A DNA stretch of 64,000 bases. It comes from Chiloscyllium plagiosum. Its lineage: Eukaryota. Of this stretch, positions 50,523 through 63,270 are shown one piece after another (the first letter of the stretch is position 1; the number at the start of each line of letters is the position of its first letter). The notes below the pieces were generated by a model. It had not been told where the DNA came from. It worked only from the letters and a program-made list of their open reading frames with translations, and ran no database searches. Both the position numbers and the translations under genes were made by a program. The stretch lies in NCBI RefSeq assembly GCF_004010195.1, contig NC_057719.1, forward strand, positions 5,389,029 through 5,453,028, given 5' to 3'.

Positions 50523-52075
50523 CAGGAAGGATGTTCTCAATAATAGGGGATCCAAAATGTGGGGTCATAGTTTAAGGATAAGGGTAAACTCTTTAGGAAT
50601 GAAGTGAGAACTTCTTCATCTAGAGAGTGTAGAGCCTGTGGAATTCACTACCATAATGTTTTGGCCTCAACCAAAATTATGTGTGGCAGATGAAATACAA
50701 TGTAGGAACGTGTGAGGTCATGCACTTTGATAGGAAGAATAGAGGTATGGAATACTTTCTAAATGGGGGAAATTCAGAAACCTGGAGTGCAAAGAGACTT
50801 GGGGCGTCCTGCTCCAGATTTCTCTTAAGATAAACTTGCAGGTTGAGCCGGTAATTAGTTAAGCAAACACAATGTTGTCATTCAACTCAAGAGGTCTAGA
50901 ATATAAAAGCAGGGATGTACTTCTGAGGCTTTATAAAGCTCTGGTCAGACCACATTCAGAGTATTGAGAGCAATTTTGGGCCCATACCTCAGGAAGAATG
51001 TATTGGCCCTGGAGCGGGTCCAGGGGAGTTCACGAGAATGATCCCAGGAATGAAAGCTTAACATATGAGGAATGTTTCAGTTCTCTGGGATTCAACAGAG
51101 TTTAGAAGAATGAGGGGGGATCTGATTGAAACATACAGAATACTGAACACCCTAGGTAGAATGGACATTGGGAAGACATTTCCATTGGCAGGAGAGACGA
51201 GGACCCGAGGGCACAGCCTTAGAGCAAAGGGAAGACATTTTAGAATGGAGGTAAGGAGAAATGTTTTTCGCCAGAGAGGTGAACCTGTGGAATTCATTGC
51301 CACAGAAGACCAGGGGCCAGGTCATTGAGTATATTTAAAACAGAGATAGATAACTTCTTGATTGCTAAGGGATCAAAGGTTATGGGGAGAAAGTGGGAAA
51401 ATGGGGGTTGAAAAAACTGAATGGCGGAGCAGACTTGATGGGCCAAATGACCTAATCTTATGGTCTTATTGTCTTCACTGCTTAGTCATTTGAGTATAGA
51501 CGTTAGGAAGTCATATTGAGGTTGTACAAGACATTGGAGAGGTCTCTTCTGGAATACTGTATCCAGTCTGGTAGCCCAGTTACAGGAAGTTTATTATCAA
51601 ACTGGAGAGGGTTCAGAAAAGATTTACCAGGATGTTGCTGGGTATGAAATGTTCAAGTTATAAAGATAGGCTGGGACTTTTTTCCACTAGAGCACAGGAG
51701 GTTGAGAGACGATCTGATAGAAGTTTATAAAATAATGAGAGGTATAGATAGAGTTAATGGTAGTTGTCTTTTCTCTCGGATGGGAGATTTCAAGACTTGG
51801 GACACATTTTTAAGATGAGAGGAGAAAGATTTAGAAATACATAAGAGGCCTTTTTATACAGAAGATGGTTTGTATGTAGAATGAACTTCCTGAGAAAGTA
51901 GTTGAAGCGAGTACAATTACAACAATTATAAGACATTTGGACAGATACATGAACAGGAAAGGTTTGGAGGGATTTGGGCCTGGAGCAAGCAGGTAGGATT
52001 AGTGTAGTTTGGGTTTATATTCAGCATGGACTAGTTGGACTGAAAGAATCATACAGCATGGAAACAGACCTATGA
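50523..52075 (+). mobile_element. Cluster of adjacent/nested CR1 3' fragments
   Basis: Repeated RMRGDLIETY and RTRGH motifs, with separate 3' ends near 51470 and 52050. Confidence 0.85.
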
Positions 52076-52094
52076 CTGCTGACAGTCATGACAA

Positions 52095-53010
52095 GATGCA
52101 TTGATAAGGTGTCACACGGGAGGCTGCTGAGCAAGGTGAGGCCCCATGGTGTTCGAGGTGAGCTACTGGTATGGATTGAGGATTGGCTGTCTGACAGAAG
52201 GCAGAGNNNNNNNNNNNNNNNNNNNNNNNNNNNNNNNNNNNNNNNNNNNNNNNNNNNNNNNNNNNNNNNNNNNNNNNNNNNNNNNNNNNNNNNNNNNNNN
52301 NNNNNNNNNNNNNNNNNNNNNNNNNNNNNNNNNNNNNNNNNNNNNNNNNNNNNNNNNNNNNNNNNNNNNNNNNNNNNNNNNNNNNNNNNNNNNNNNNNNN
52401 NNNNNNNNNNNNNNNNNNNNNNNNNNNNNNNNNNNNNNNNNNNNNNNNNNNNNNNNNNNNNNNNNNNNNNNNNNNNNNNNNNNNNNNNNNNNNNNNNNNN
52501 NNNNNNNNNNNNNNNNNNNNNNNNNNNNNNNNNNNNNNNNNNNNNNNNNNNNNNNNNNNNNNNNNNNNNNNNNNNNNNNNNNNNNNNNNNNNNNNNNNNN
52601 NNNNNNNNNNNNNNNNNNNNNNNNNNNNNNNNNNNNNNNNNNNNNNNNNNNNNNNNNNNNNNNNNNNNNNNNNNNNNNNNNNNNNNNNNNNNNNNNNNNN
52701 NNNNNNNNNNNNNNNNNNNNNNNNNNNNNNNNNNNNNNNNNNNNNNNNNNNNNNNNNNNNNNNNNNNNNNNNNNNNNNNNNNNNNNNNNNNNNNNNNNNN
52801 NNNNNNNNNNNNNNNNNNNNNNNNNNNNNNNNNNNNNNNNNNNNNNNNNNNTCTTCAAGGCAGAGATTGATAAATTCTTGATGTCACAAGGAATTAAGGG
52901 CTACGGGGAGAATGCGGGTAAGTGGAGTTGAAACGCCCATCAGCCATGATTGAATGGTGGAGTGGACTCGATGGGCCGAATGGCCTTACTTCCACTCCTA
53001 TGTCTTATGG
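52095..53010 (+). mobile_element. CR1 fragment spanning a gap
   Basis: DKVSHGRLL..WIEDWLSDRRQ before the gap, FKAEIDKFL and the tail after it. Confidence 0.88.
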
Positions 53011-53149
53011 TATTATTAAATAGCAAGGCAAGTACTGTGAACCTTTAAAGGTGCAGCTGAGAGGGCAAAGCAACAAAAGGCAAAGGCAAAACAGGGATGC
53101 AGCTGGCTAGCTCTCTTGGCACTCACTCATTTCATGCCTACTTTGATGT

Positions 53150-53855
53150 GAGGCAATGAACATCTCCAATAATAGACAATCTAACCATTGCCTTTTAACA
53201 TGCAGTGAAGTTACCATTACTGAATCCCCCACTAACAGCATTCTTGGGATTATCATTGACTAGAAACTGAGCCGGACTTGCCACGTAAACATAATGGCCA
53301 TAAGAGCAGATCAGAGGCTAGGAATACTGCAGCGAATATCTCATCTCCTGACTCCCCAAAGCCTGTCCACCATCTAAAGTGCACTTGCCAGGAGTGTGAT
53401 GGAATACTCTCCACTTGCCTGGATAATTGCAGCTACAACAACTCAAGAAGATCTATACAGACAAATCAGCCCAATTGATTGACACCACACCCACAAACAT
53501 CCACTTACTCCACCACAGATGTTCAGTAGCAGCAGTTTGCACTATCGACAAGATACAGCAGAAATTCATCAAAGCTTCTTAGACTGTACCTTCCAAATCC
53601 ATGACCACTTCAATCAAGAAGGACAAAGGCAGCAGATACGTGGGAACACCACCACCTATACATTCTCCTCTAATCCACTTTCCATCCGGACTTGGAAATA
53701 TATTGGCCATTTCTTTAGCGCTAATAGATCAAGATCCTGTAATTCCCTCCCTAAAGGCATTATGCGTCTTACCTACAGCAATGGACTGCAGCAGTTCAAG
53801 ACTGCAGCTCACCACCAGCAAGTACATATAAATGCTGGCCCAGTCAGCGATATCC
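53150..53855 (+). mobile_element. Old CR1/L2-type LINE 3' fragment
   Basis: Same family as 10200-11260. Confidence 0.7.
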
Positions 53856-55245
53856 ATATGGGCAATAAAGCAGGGCAGGTTACTGAAGTAAAAGTAGAGG
53901 AACACTTTGGTCTAACAATCATAGTTCTATTAGTTTCAAATGGTTATGGAAAAGGATAAGCCTCGCTAAGAGTTAAAAGTATTAACTGGAGCAAGGCAAA
54001 TTTTAATGGTATGAGACAAGAGCTTTCAAAAGTTGATTGGAATAGACTGTTCACAGATAAAACGACATCTGACAAGTGGGAGGCTTTCAAGAGTGTGATG
54101 ACGTGAGTTCAAAGGCATTGTGTTCCTGTTGGAGAGAAGGGTATGGCTGGTAAGATTAAGGGACAATATATGAATAAAGATATTGAAGTTCTAGTCAAGA
54201 ATAAAAGAAAGCCTTATTCTAGATGTAGATAACTGGATTGAAATGCATCTCTCAATAAATATAAAGAGTGCAGGGGCATTCTTAAAAAAATAAATCAAGA
54301 AAGCTAAGAGGGGATTTGAGATAGCATTGGCAGATAAGGTTAAGGGTAATCCAAAGATGTTCTACAAGTACATTAAGATTAAGAGGAGAACTAGAGAGAG
54401 GGTAGGGTTCTTAAAGGTCAAGGAGTTCATCTTTGTGTTCAACCCCAGGAGATGGGAGAGATATTAAATGAATATTTCACATCAGTNNNNNNNNNNNNNN
54501 NNNNNNNNNNNNNNNNNNNNNNNNNNNNNNNNNNNNNNNNNNNNNNNNNNNNNNNNNNNNNNNNNNNNNNNNNNNNNNNNNNNNNNNNNNNNNNNNNNNN
54601 NNNNNNNNNNNNNNNNNNNNNNNNNNNNNNNNNNNNNNNNNNNNNNNNNNNNNNNNNNNNNNNNNNNNNNNNNNNNNNNNNNNNNNNNNNNNNNNNNNNN
54701 NNNNNNNNNNNNNNNNNNNNNNNNNNNNNNNNNNNNNNNNNNNNNNNNNNNNNNNNNNNNNNNNNNNNNNNNNNNNNNNNNNNNNNNNNNNNNNNNNNNN
54801 NNNNNNNNNNNNNNNNNNNNNNNNNNNNNNNNNNNNNNNNNNNNNNNNNNNNNNNNNNNNNNNNNNNNNNNNNNNNNNNNNNNNNNNNNNNNNNNNNNNN
54901 NNNNNNNNNNNNNNNNNNNNNNNNNNNNNNNNNNNNNNNNNNNNNNNNNNNNNNNNNNNNNNNNNNNNNNNNNNNNNNNNNNNNNNGTAAGTTTGCAGGC
55001 CAAAACTGGTGGCATAATAGACAGTGAAGAAGGGTTTTCTAAGATTACAAAGGGATCATAATTAAATGGGTCAATGGGCTGAAAAGTGGAGTTCAATTTA
55101 GACAAATGTGAGGTATTGCATTTTGGAACAACAAACAAGGGTAGGGCTTTTACAATTAATGGGAGGGCCTTGAGTAGAGTTGTAGAAGAGAGACCTGGGG
55201 TGCAGGCACATAATTCTTTGAAGTTTGTGTCACATATGGACAGGT
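53856..55245 (+). mobile_element. CR1 fragment (endonuclease end to RT) spanning a gap
   Basis: EMGEILNEYF and KCEVLHFG motifs. Confidence 0.85.
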
Positions 55246-55272
55246 GAGGGGTAATCATTCATATCCTATATA

Positions 55273-55410
55273 AGTTTCCTCCCACAGTCCAAAGATGTGT
55301 GGGTTAGTCATGGGAAATACAGGATTACAGGGATAGGGAGGGTCTGTGTATGATGTGAGGGTTGGTGTGGACTCAAATGGCCTCCTTCTATACTGTAGGG
55401 CTTCTATGAA
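55273..55410 (+). mobile_element. HE1-like SINE fragment
   Basis: GTTTCCTCCCACAGTCCAAAGATGTG V-domain piece. Confidence 0.65.
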
Positions 55411-56131
55411 TAAAATAAAATGAAGTATGACTGGATGCTCCCTATAATAATATGCAAGAAATTACTTAGAAGTACCTTGGGTCCTATCATTTTTATACCT
55501 CTGAGGTTAATGATTACAAGCTGGCCTAAAACCACAAGCATGAATCAGAACCAAAAGCTTTTGTCTTAGAAGGCACTTTACCATTTTTATTTGGTTACTT
55601 CAAGACACTATTATTTTATATTTAAGGTATCTAGACTAAACAAACCAGGCCAATGCAAGGCATCTCCAAGGTTGAAAATATTCAAAGAGAAGGTGGAACA
55701 AGCTAGAGATAGCGGTTTTGTGATGGTGAGTATGTGCATTGCTGTCAGAGGTGAGAAGGACCAAGAAAAATACTGATAAGAGGGACGATCTGCTGATGTC
55801 TGTTTCCGAAGTGAACAGCACATATCAGGGGAACTCGCAGGCAAATTCCCCATGATTTTCCAATCAACTACAATTAACAAGCTTTTTGGACAGAGCAGTT
55901 AGCTCATTGTCTTCATATGTGAAAGTGACCTAGCAACTCATCAGCATATTTTCCTGGACACCAGAGACATTCTTCGTCACACCCCCATCCTTTGCTGTAT
56001 TATTCCAAGGTGCAGCAAACTGGGTGGTGTGAGAATGAGAGGTCAGGCTACTTGAAAATTTCAATGTCTTAGGCAGTCTGTGGAACCTGCATACAATGGA
56101 TTAAAATAGCTTTGTGCTTGTAACAGGAGTG

Positions 56132-56721
56132 AAAATGTGTTGCTGGAAAAGCGCAGTAGGAAGGCGGTGCTGAGTTCAATGGATTTGACTGAGACAAGGT
56201 GGGGGGAGGGGAAATGAGGAAACTGGAGAAATCTGAGTTCATCCCTTGTGTTTGGAGGGTTCCCAGGCAGAAGATGAGGCGCTCTTCCTCCAACCGTCGT
56301 GTTGCCATGATCTGGCGATGGAGGAGTCCAAGGACTTGCATGTCCTTGGTGGAGTGGGAGGGGGAGTTAAAGTGTTGGGCTCATTTCCCCTCCCCACACC
56401 TTGTCTCAGTCAAATCCCTCGAACTCAGCACCGCCTTCCTAACCTGCAATCATCTTCCTGGCCTCTCCGCCCCCACCCCACTCCGGCCTATCACCCTCAC
56501 CTTGACCTCCCTCCACCTATCGCATTTCCAAAGCCCCTCCCCCAAGTCCCTCCTCCCTACCTTTTATCTTAGCCTGCTGGACACACTTTCCTCATTCCTG
56601 AAGAAGGGCTTATGCCCGAAACGTCGATTCTCCTGTTCCTTGGACGCTGCCTGACCTGCTGCACTTTTGCAGCAACACATTTTCAGCTCTGATCTCCAGC
56701 ATCTGCAGCCCTCACTTTCTC
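56132..56721 (+). mobile_element. Penelope-like insertion with an inverted 5' segment and 15-bp TSD
   Basis: TSD CTTGTAACAGGAGTG at 56117-56131 and 56722-56736. GIY-YIG C-terminus (MQVLGLLHRQ..RRLEEERLIF.LG) lies inverted ahead of the sense 3' end. Confidence 0.9.
56594..56629 (+). ncRNA. Minimal hammerhead ribozyme motif
   Basis: CTGAAGA-A-GGGC TTAT GCCC-GAAA-CGTC: intact core, stem II and palindromic ACGT stem III. Confidence 0.7.
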
Positions 56722-58799
56722 CTTGTAACAGGAGTGTAAACTACATATTATGTTAGGGAATATTAGGCAAATGTATCTTCACAAATAAGGAGCATAATGG
56801 AAAGAGCAAATGATTCAGCCTGTCAGTCAATTGTACTAATGGCAAAAACATAACTGAAAGATTTTAAGAAAGCAATACAAGTACAGTAACATGACAACTG
56901 GAAGAGATTGAGTAGACATGAGTTTTTTTAAAATTAATTGTGTTTAGTTTTGTGAAGGTGGAGGATGTTAATTGGGGGTTCACCTGTGCTCCTAAAATTG
57001 ATAGTATTGTTGGCTTTAGTGGTGTATGCTTATGATATGTAACTGTAAATGCTTATACAAGTGTGAAAGGAGTGGTTCTAATCCTATATGTCAGGAACTG
57101 TCTTTCTGCAATGTAACGTATTTTGCTGATTCTACATTAGTATTTTGTTGACAACTGTATATATCACTGATATTCTATGATTTATGGGAAGCATATATGG
57201 AATGTAGTGATCAGAGATAAAACTGCTTTAAATTAAGGGGGGGTAGATATAGGACAGATGTTAGGGGTAGGTTCTTCACTCAGCGAGTCGTTTCTATGAT
57301 TTATGGGAAGCATATATGGAATGTAGTGATCAGAGATAAAACTGATATTAGGGATGTGAGTGAATCACTGCATTACAACCTCAAATAGAAATGACAGCTA
57401 ATGAAAGGCAGCTCACATATATAATTAAAAATTCACAATGTAAGGATCACTGTCTATCACTTTCGTGTTACAGAATGTGGTAAGCAGAACTAAGCTTTTT
57501 TAACATTTTATTTCCCTTTTCTTTCACTACCTGTCAGCCTATCTTCAGCTGTCTCTACATCCCTTAATTTTCTGCAACTTGTTGAAAAAACTGCAAACCT
57601 GAGACTTAATGTAATTTTTTAAAATTATCATTTATTTGAGGTGCAATGGATCGTGTCCCTGTCTCTGAGCCAGAAGCTCCAGTTAAGTCCCACTCCAGCA
57701 CTTGATGGTCAAGGAATGTGTTCATGAAATAGCCAAGGAGGTTAAGTATCATTCTGAGAGACCTTCTAAGATAAGCCAATGACTGCTAGGAGTGGGAGGG
57801 GTTCCTGGTCAGTCACTACATCACTTTACATTGCTCCAGATTACATCATACATGTAAAAAGTGTACGCTGTTACAGTAATTTAGACTCTTTGTAGTTGGA
57901 TCTGTTGGCTGGTCAGCATGGATTAGTTTGGTGCCAACAAGATGGGGTTTGATCACCATTCCAGCAGGGATGGGTTTGACTCATATTTCCTTGCCCTACA
58001 CATATTGGAGATTGTGGTGCTGCGGGTCAGCCCTTGAGCATGAACTAAAGAAGGAGGTCATTTATTTGTTTCATTACATTATTTGGAGATAAGGGCATCA
58101 AATATATGTCTTTGATAGCATTTTTAACAACTCTGATTAGGGATGTATAACTAAGATTTGTTTGAATGCTATTTCTACACCAAAATGAAAAGGATACTTG
58201 GTTACCTAGTGTCATAAAATAGGGGGGGAACAGAAAGTGCCCATCTTTAATAGGGATTTAATGATTAGAAAACAAAGCTGCAAAAAGTAAATTTATTAAA
58301 TCACATAATATCATTGCCCAAGTATATTCCAGTATGCTAGTCTTTGTGGTGTCAAGTGAAACCTCAAATGTACTGGTGAATGCTCATGGAAGATGGGCAG
58401 GCAGCAGTGATACTTCCTCCCCATCTTGCCTCCCCACTGTGGGCCTACAACCTGCAATCTGTTGGATAATTTCTGATTGACTTTCTTAGGGCTTTTTTAA
58501 AGACACTGCCATATTAGCAATGAAGCAGGCTATCAGCTGTTGTCTGTAGGCCTTTCCAGATCATAAACTTTGATAAACTCTGAAAAATGTCAGCCCACGT
58601 TATGGCTCTTTTCTCATTAAAACTTAGTCAATTTTGTTTTTCTTCCACTTCTGAACTTTAAACACAGAAAATGTGATGGTTTTGACTGTAATCCAAGTGT
58701 AGAGGTCACAGAGATGAAAGTTTAAAGGGAAATGCTATCAGCAAGTCGTTTTGGTTAAATTCTACAACTTCCTTTCTACTTTCACCTATGAGAGCACCA

Positions 58800-59530
58800 T
58801 TTTTAAAATCATTCACAGCATGTGGTCTTCACCATCTGGACCAGCTTTTATTGCCCATCCCTAATTGCCCTTGCAAAGATGGTAGTGAGTTCCCTTCCTA
58901 AACAACCGCAGTCCATTTGATGTAGATATGCCCACAATGCAGTTACTGATGGAGGTGCAGGAATTTGACCCACAAACGCTAAAGGAACAAAGAGATATTT
59001 CCAAGAAAGGATGAATAGTGGATTGGAGTGGAACTTGCAGGTGGTGGTGTTTCCATTATGTGCTGCTCATTTCTTCTACAAATTTGTCTTGAGTTTGGAA
59101 GGTGCTATCGGAGGAGCCTTGGTGAATCTTTTGGGGTCCTTTCAGAGTTGACAGGACTAAGTTTGTCATTGCTCTTTCTGTTGCCTAGCTCAATGCTTGG
59201 TAGTTCATCTAGTTTTTTTTTAAATGAGATTTTCTAGTGATTTTGATACAACCTTGTAGCTTGTGACATTCCTGACAGCAGTTATTGTTTTGGATCTGGA
59301 GTCATATCCAGGGTCAGACCAGATAAGGATCATAGGTTTTCTTCCTAAAGGGTATCAGAGCACAAGATTTTGTTTTCAAAAATGGTTTCATGCTTATAAT
59401 TAGGTTTTAGTTCCAGATTTGTTTTGTTTTAAAAATTAAGATTTACCATTTGTTGTAATGGGATTCAAACCAAGTCCCCAGGACATTAGCTGGTCTCTGG
59501 ATTACTAGTCCAGTTACAATGTCCATACAT
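58800..59530 (-). mobile_element. Old LINE 3' end and second-family SINE fragments
   Basis: TTTATTGCCCATCCCTAATTGCCC and TCTGGAGTCATA..CAGACCAG motifs. Confidence 0.6.
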
Positions 59531-59744
59531 CATAATAACCTCTTTTCTCAACCAGACTGCTACATCAAGATAATGATCCATCACCACCTTCTTAAACAGA
59601 AAAAAAATGCCCACCTAAGAATTAATAAAAAATGGGAATAAACAATAAAATATACTTAACTGAAAGTTTTGCATTCCTGTTTGCCACAACTGGTTACATT
59701 ACTGTTTGGTTACTGGAAGTCATAGATTCATAGAATTGAATGAA

Positions 59745-60680
59745 TTATTGCATTTTACAGTGAATAACACAGTAAAATACAATGAAAATCTTCAAATGTC
59801 ACCACAAATCGACACTATTTTAAACAATTTAAAGGATAAAAGGAGAAAAATAGATATAACTTTCTTTCTTTGATTTGCCATCTTGCCATAAGTCCTGAGC
59901 TGGCTCATCAATGACACCTGCACTTCCTCCACTGCCTGCGCTGGACCCATCAATGTAAGAGTTACCACCCTTTAGGCGCCATCTCTTCAATGCTGGGCCC
60001 ACCTTCCACTGTCAGGTCCCATGTTGAACCCACACTTGCCCTGAAACCAAATATCCTCGGCTCCAGGCCTACCACACCAGGAGCTGCTGCTGCTGCCTTG
60101 TCGATTACCAGGAACTCCTGCTCCGGACTTGCCATGAACGCAATCAGGAGTCCCTGCTGTCGCCTCAATGATCCAAGGTGTCCCTGCTCCACATATACCA
60201 TACTGCTGCCACCATCTCAAGTCTCTGGCTCCTCTGCCAAGCCAGGCCACTACCTTGCCAGGAGTTCCAAGCTGGCCACCTTCCTCTGAGATGCCACCTT
60301 GGCAGAGCTGCCTTCTTGAAAGGTCTGCTGCGCCACTGTCTCCAATTGCTGGAGGTGCTTTGCTGCTGCTGTTGCCATCCCCAAATGCCGGGAGGACATC
60401 CTTGCTGCTGCTGCCACCACCTCCAATTATTGGGAAGAACTGTATCGACTACTGCCTCTGCCTCTGACCACTGGGAGGATGCTACGACTCTGCACATGTC
60501 CCACACTTGCTGCCGTCCCAATGCTGTTGATTAACCCACTGCAAAAGGCTTTTAAAAAAAAAGAAAAATGACCAGAAAAATGAAAGAAGAAAAAAGAAAA
60601 AGAGCACTCAGGAGTGGATGAGCCCCAGGCTTATGCGTCCGCACGCAACCCTTCTACTTTGCCGGCATCCTGACATCCAC
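59745..60680 (-). repeat. GC-rich, internally repetitive element, probably a non-autonomous retroelement
   Basis: Repeated GCTGCTGCTGCC and CTGCCAC motifs. Open frames are low-complexity. Confidence 0.35.
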
Positions 60681-60797
60681 CTTCTCCAGGCAAGAGTCAT
60701 ATAGCACAGAAACAGACCCTTTGGTCCAACTAGCCCATGCCAACCAAATTTCCCCAACTAAACTAGTTCAATTTGTCTGCATTTGGCCCATAGACTT

Positions 60798-61402
60798 TGT
60801 GATGATGTTGTAGCTTTACGAAGTTATTTTGTTTTGCGGTTTTTGAAGAGAGTTTTTAAGACAGAGATACTAAGCTGTCTCGTTGGAAAGTCAGTAAACA
60901 GCTTGTAAGGCCTTGGTTTTTTTTTAAGTTGGAGCAATACAAGCATCCTGAAATGATATGCTCATGCTCCACAGAACTAGGAATTTTAGATTTAGCTTTC
61001 AGCAGTTGCTGTTGGAGTCTTGGGGTCTTCTCTCATTTACAGCCAAAAGCTGGAGGTTCTCTGCCTGTTACAGGAGTCACACGTGAGACAACATGTTTTC
61101 TGAATTTCCCTTTGCCAAGGGTGTGTACATAGGATGTTACTATATTGAAATAGTTAATTAGTAAAGTTACTGCATCTATTATTCTGTTAAGTTTTGCAAT
61201 AAATTTATTCCAAGTTCTCTTTGTTTTGTTGTATTTTAACTGTAATGTTTGAATAAATTGTGTTTGCTTAATGTCAAATAATCTGACCAATCAAATTCCA
61301 ACTGGAACACAGCACCTCACATTTATCTTTAAAATAAGGAAAAATTAGGGTCTAGGCTACATTCTTAATATATTTTGAGGGGGTCTGGTCCGGTCCATAA
61401 CA
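60798..61402 (+). repeat. Solo LTR related to the Gmr1-like LTR, inserted in a CR1 3' end
   Basis: TGT...CCATAACA ends and blocks shared with 23690-24235. CR1 end sequence continues on both sides (60692-60795 and 61403-61545). No PBS follows. Confidence 0.8.
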
Positions 61403-62549
61403 TATTCTAAACATTTCCTATTCATGTACCTGACAAAATACCTTTTGACTGTTGCAACTAACACTTCCTCTGGCAGTTTGTTTCATATACAAACCAACTT
61501 CTGTGTGAAAAAGTTGTCCTTTACGTCCCTTTCAAATCCTTTGATTTGAATATTTGTCATGACAACTTAAATAAAGGTTGGCATATTTTGGATTATTCAT
61601 TCATTCATTAAAAAAGACTATATTTTCAAGGTAAAATGTTAATAATGAAAAAGTACTGATCTTACACGTTACACTTTACATGGTTACAAGAGTACAACAC
61701 AAAAGGGTTTTGCCTTAAAAAATGCATTTTTACAGTGGGTGAAATATCCTTTGACTTGTCCAGCTTAAGAGTGAGAATTACTAGAAATATGGCGCAAACA
61801 TCAAAAGTTATAGCAAATGGGTGTTAGGAATTCCTCTTCAATAGAAATTCATCTGCGTAAAAACATAGGAAAGTATGTATGTGCACATTAGTGTGTGTAT
61901 ATAACAGTGTATTTTTGTGAATGTGTATATGTACATGTTAGCAGAAATAAGCAGTCTTTAGAAATGCACCATAATTGGAAAACACTTATAAATTTTCCGT
62001 TCTTCTGCAAAGTTGTTTTCTTGTTTGATCAGCCAACTGTTTGACCCATATCGAAAACCACTACCACATTTCCATATCTCTTATCTAGGCTACTGAGAAC
62101 CATCCAAACATATGGTTTGTGTCTGTTCAATATGGCAGGTGGGGGGCAGTTTAGTTGGCTGGACAGCTGGTTTTGTGATGCACAGTAACACCAACAACAT
62201 GGGTTCAATCCCTCTGCCCCACCATCTCAACCGCACCCCTCACCTGAAGCAGTGTGATCCACATATTAAACTACTACCAGTCATCTCTTGCTAATGACAG
62301 AACAGCCCTATAGTCCTCTGGTGACTTTATCTTACCTTCAATATGTATTGCACATTCTCCCTCCACATCCAAAAGTAACCAAGTCTAGATGCAGGGCTTG
62401 TTTAGAGACTCACATGTATGTAAGGAGTGGACCTGGGGTTTAACTATTGAAATTTAGATAGCATACTTAAGTAGATTACTGCTTTCTATTCTGACCATCT
62501 AGCCAATGAGTTCTTTAGCCTTCAGGTGTTATCTGGAGCAAAATGAAAG

Positions 62550-62880
62550 AAAAAAGACAAACCTGTAGTCCTGTAGTGTCTTTCAAGATCTCAGGACATC
62601 ACATAACCAACTAAGTACTTTGCAAACTCTTGTAATGGTGAAACGTAGCTATCAATTTGGTAAATAGCAATGAGCAATAACCTGTTTTAAAGTGGTGTTA
62701 GTTGAGGGATACAAATTTGTCAAGATATTAAAGAATATACTTGTGGTCAACAGGATAATATAAAGGGGTCATTTCCATTGTCCAGAGTGGGCAGACATAG
62801 CCTTGGTTTAACATTTAATCTTAAAGAAAGCACCACAAATAATACAGATTCTTCTCATTAATAAATTGGAGAATCAACTT
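62550..62880 (-). mobile_element. Ancient Deu-domain-like SINE remnant (AmnSINE1/SacSINE1-like)
   Basis: CTCAGGACATC..AAGTACTTTG..AATAGCAATG..GTTGAGGGATA resembles the DeuSINE core. Related remnants at about 8285-8440 and 23475-23570. Confidence 0.45.
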
Positions 62881-63270
62881 GCTCAGCAACAGTGTGCACC
62901 ATCTACAAGATACTTTGCAGAAATTTAACAAGGCTCTTTAGATAGTTCCTTCCAAACCGACAGTTACTTTCATCTGGAAGGACAGGAGCAGCAGATACAT
63001 GTAAACATGTATCATGTACATGTAAACATGTACCTTCAAGTTCCCATTTAAGTCATACTTACTTGGAATTATATTGCTGTTTCTTCACTGTCACTGAGTC
63101 AAAATTTGGTTCTCTCTCCCTAGTGGCATTGTGGGTTCACCTACAATACACAGACAGCAGAGGTTCAAGAAGGCAGCTCACTATCACCTTCTCAAGGGCA
63201 AACTAGGAATGGGCAATAAATATTCACCCAGCCAGCGTTGCCCACATCTCATAAATGAATTTTAAAAACC
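62880..63270 (+). mobile_element. Old CR1/L2-type LINE 3' end
   Basis: GGTTCAAGAAGGCAGCTCAC..GGGCAATAAAT tail. Confidence 0.75.

Noticed and set aside
59962..60534. Stack of overlapping ORFs suggesting a gene
   Set aside because: GC-rich, low-complexity repeat open in several frames, with no domain or splice structure.
23690..61402. LTR at 60798 as the 3' LTR of the Gypsy element starting at 23690
   Set aside because: Only block-wise similarity, no PPT before it, no matching TSD, and it sits alone inside a CR1 end.
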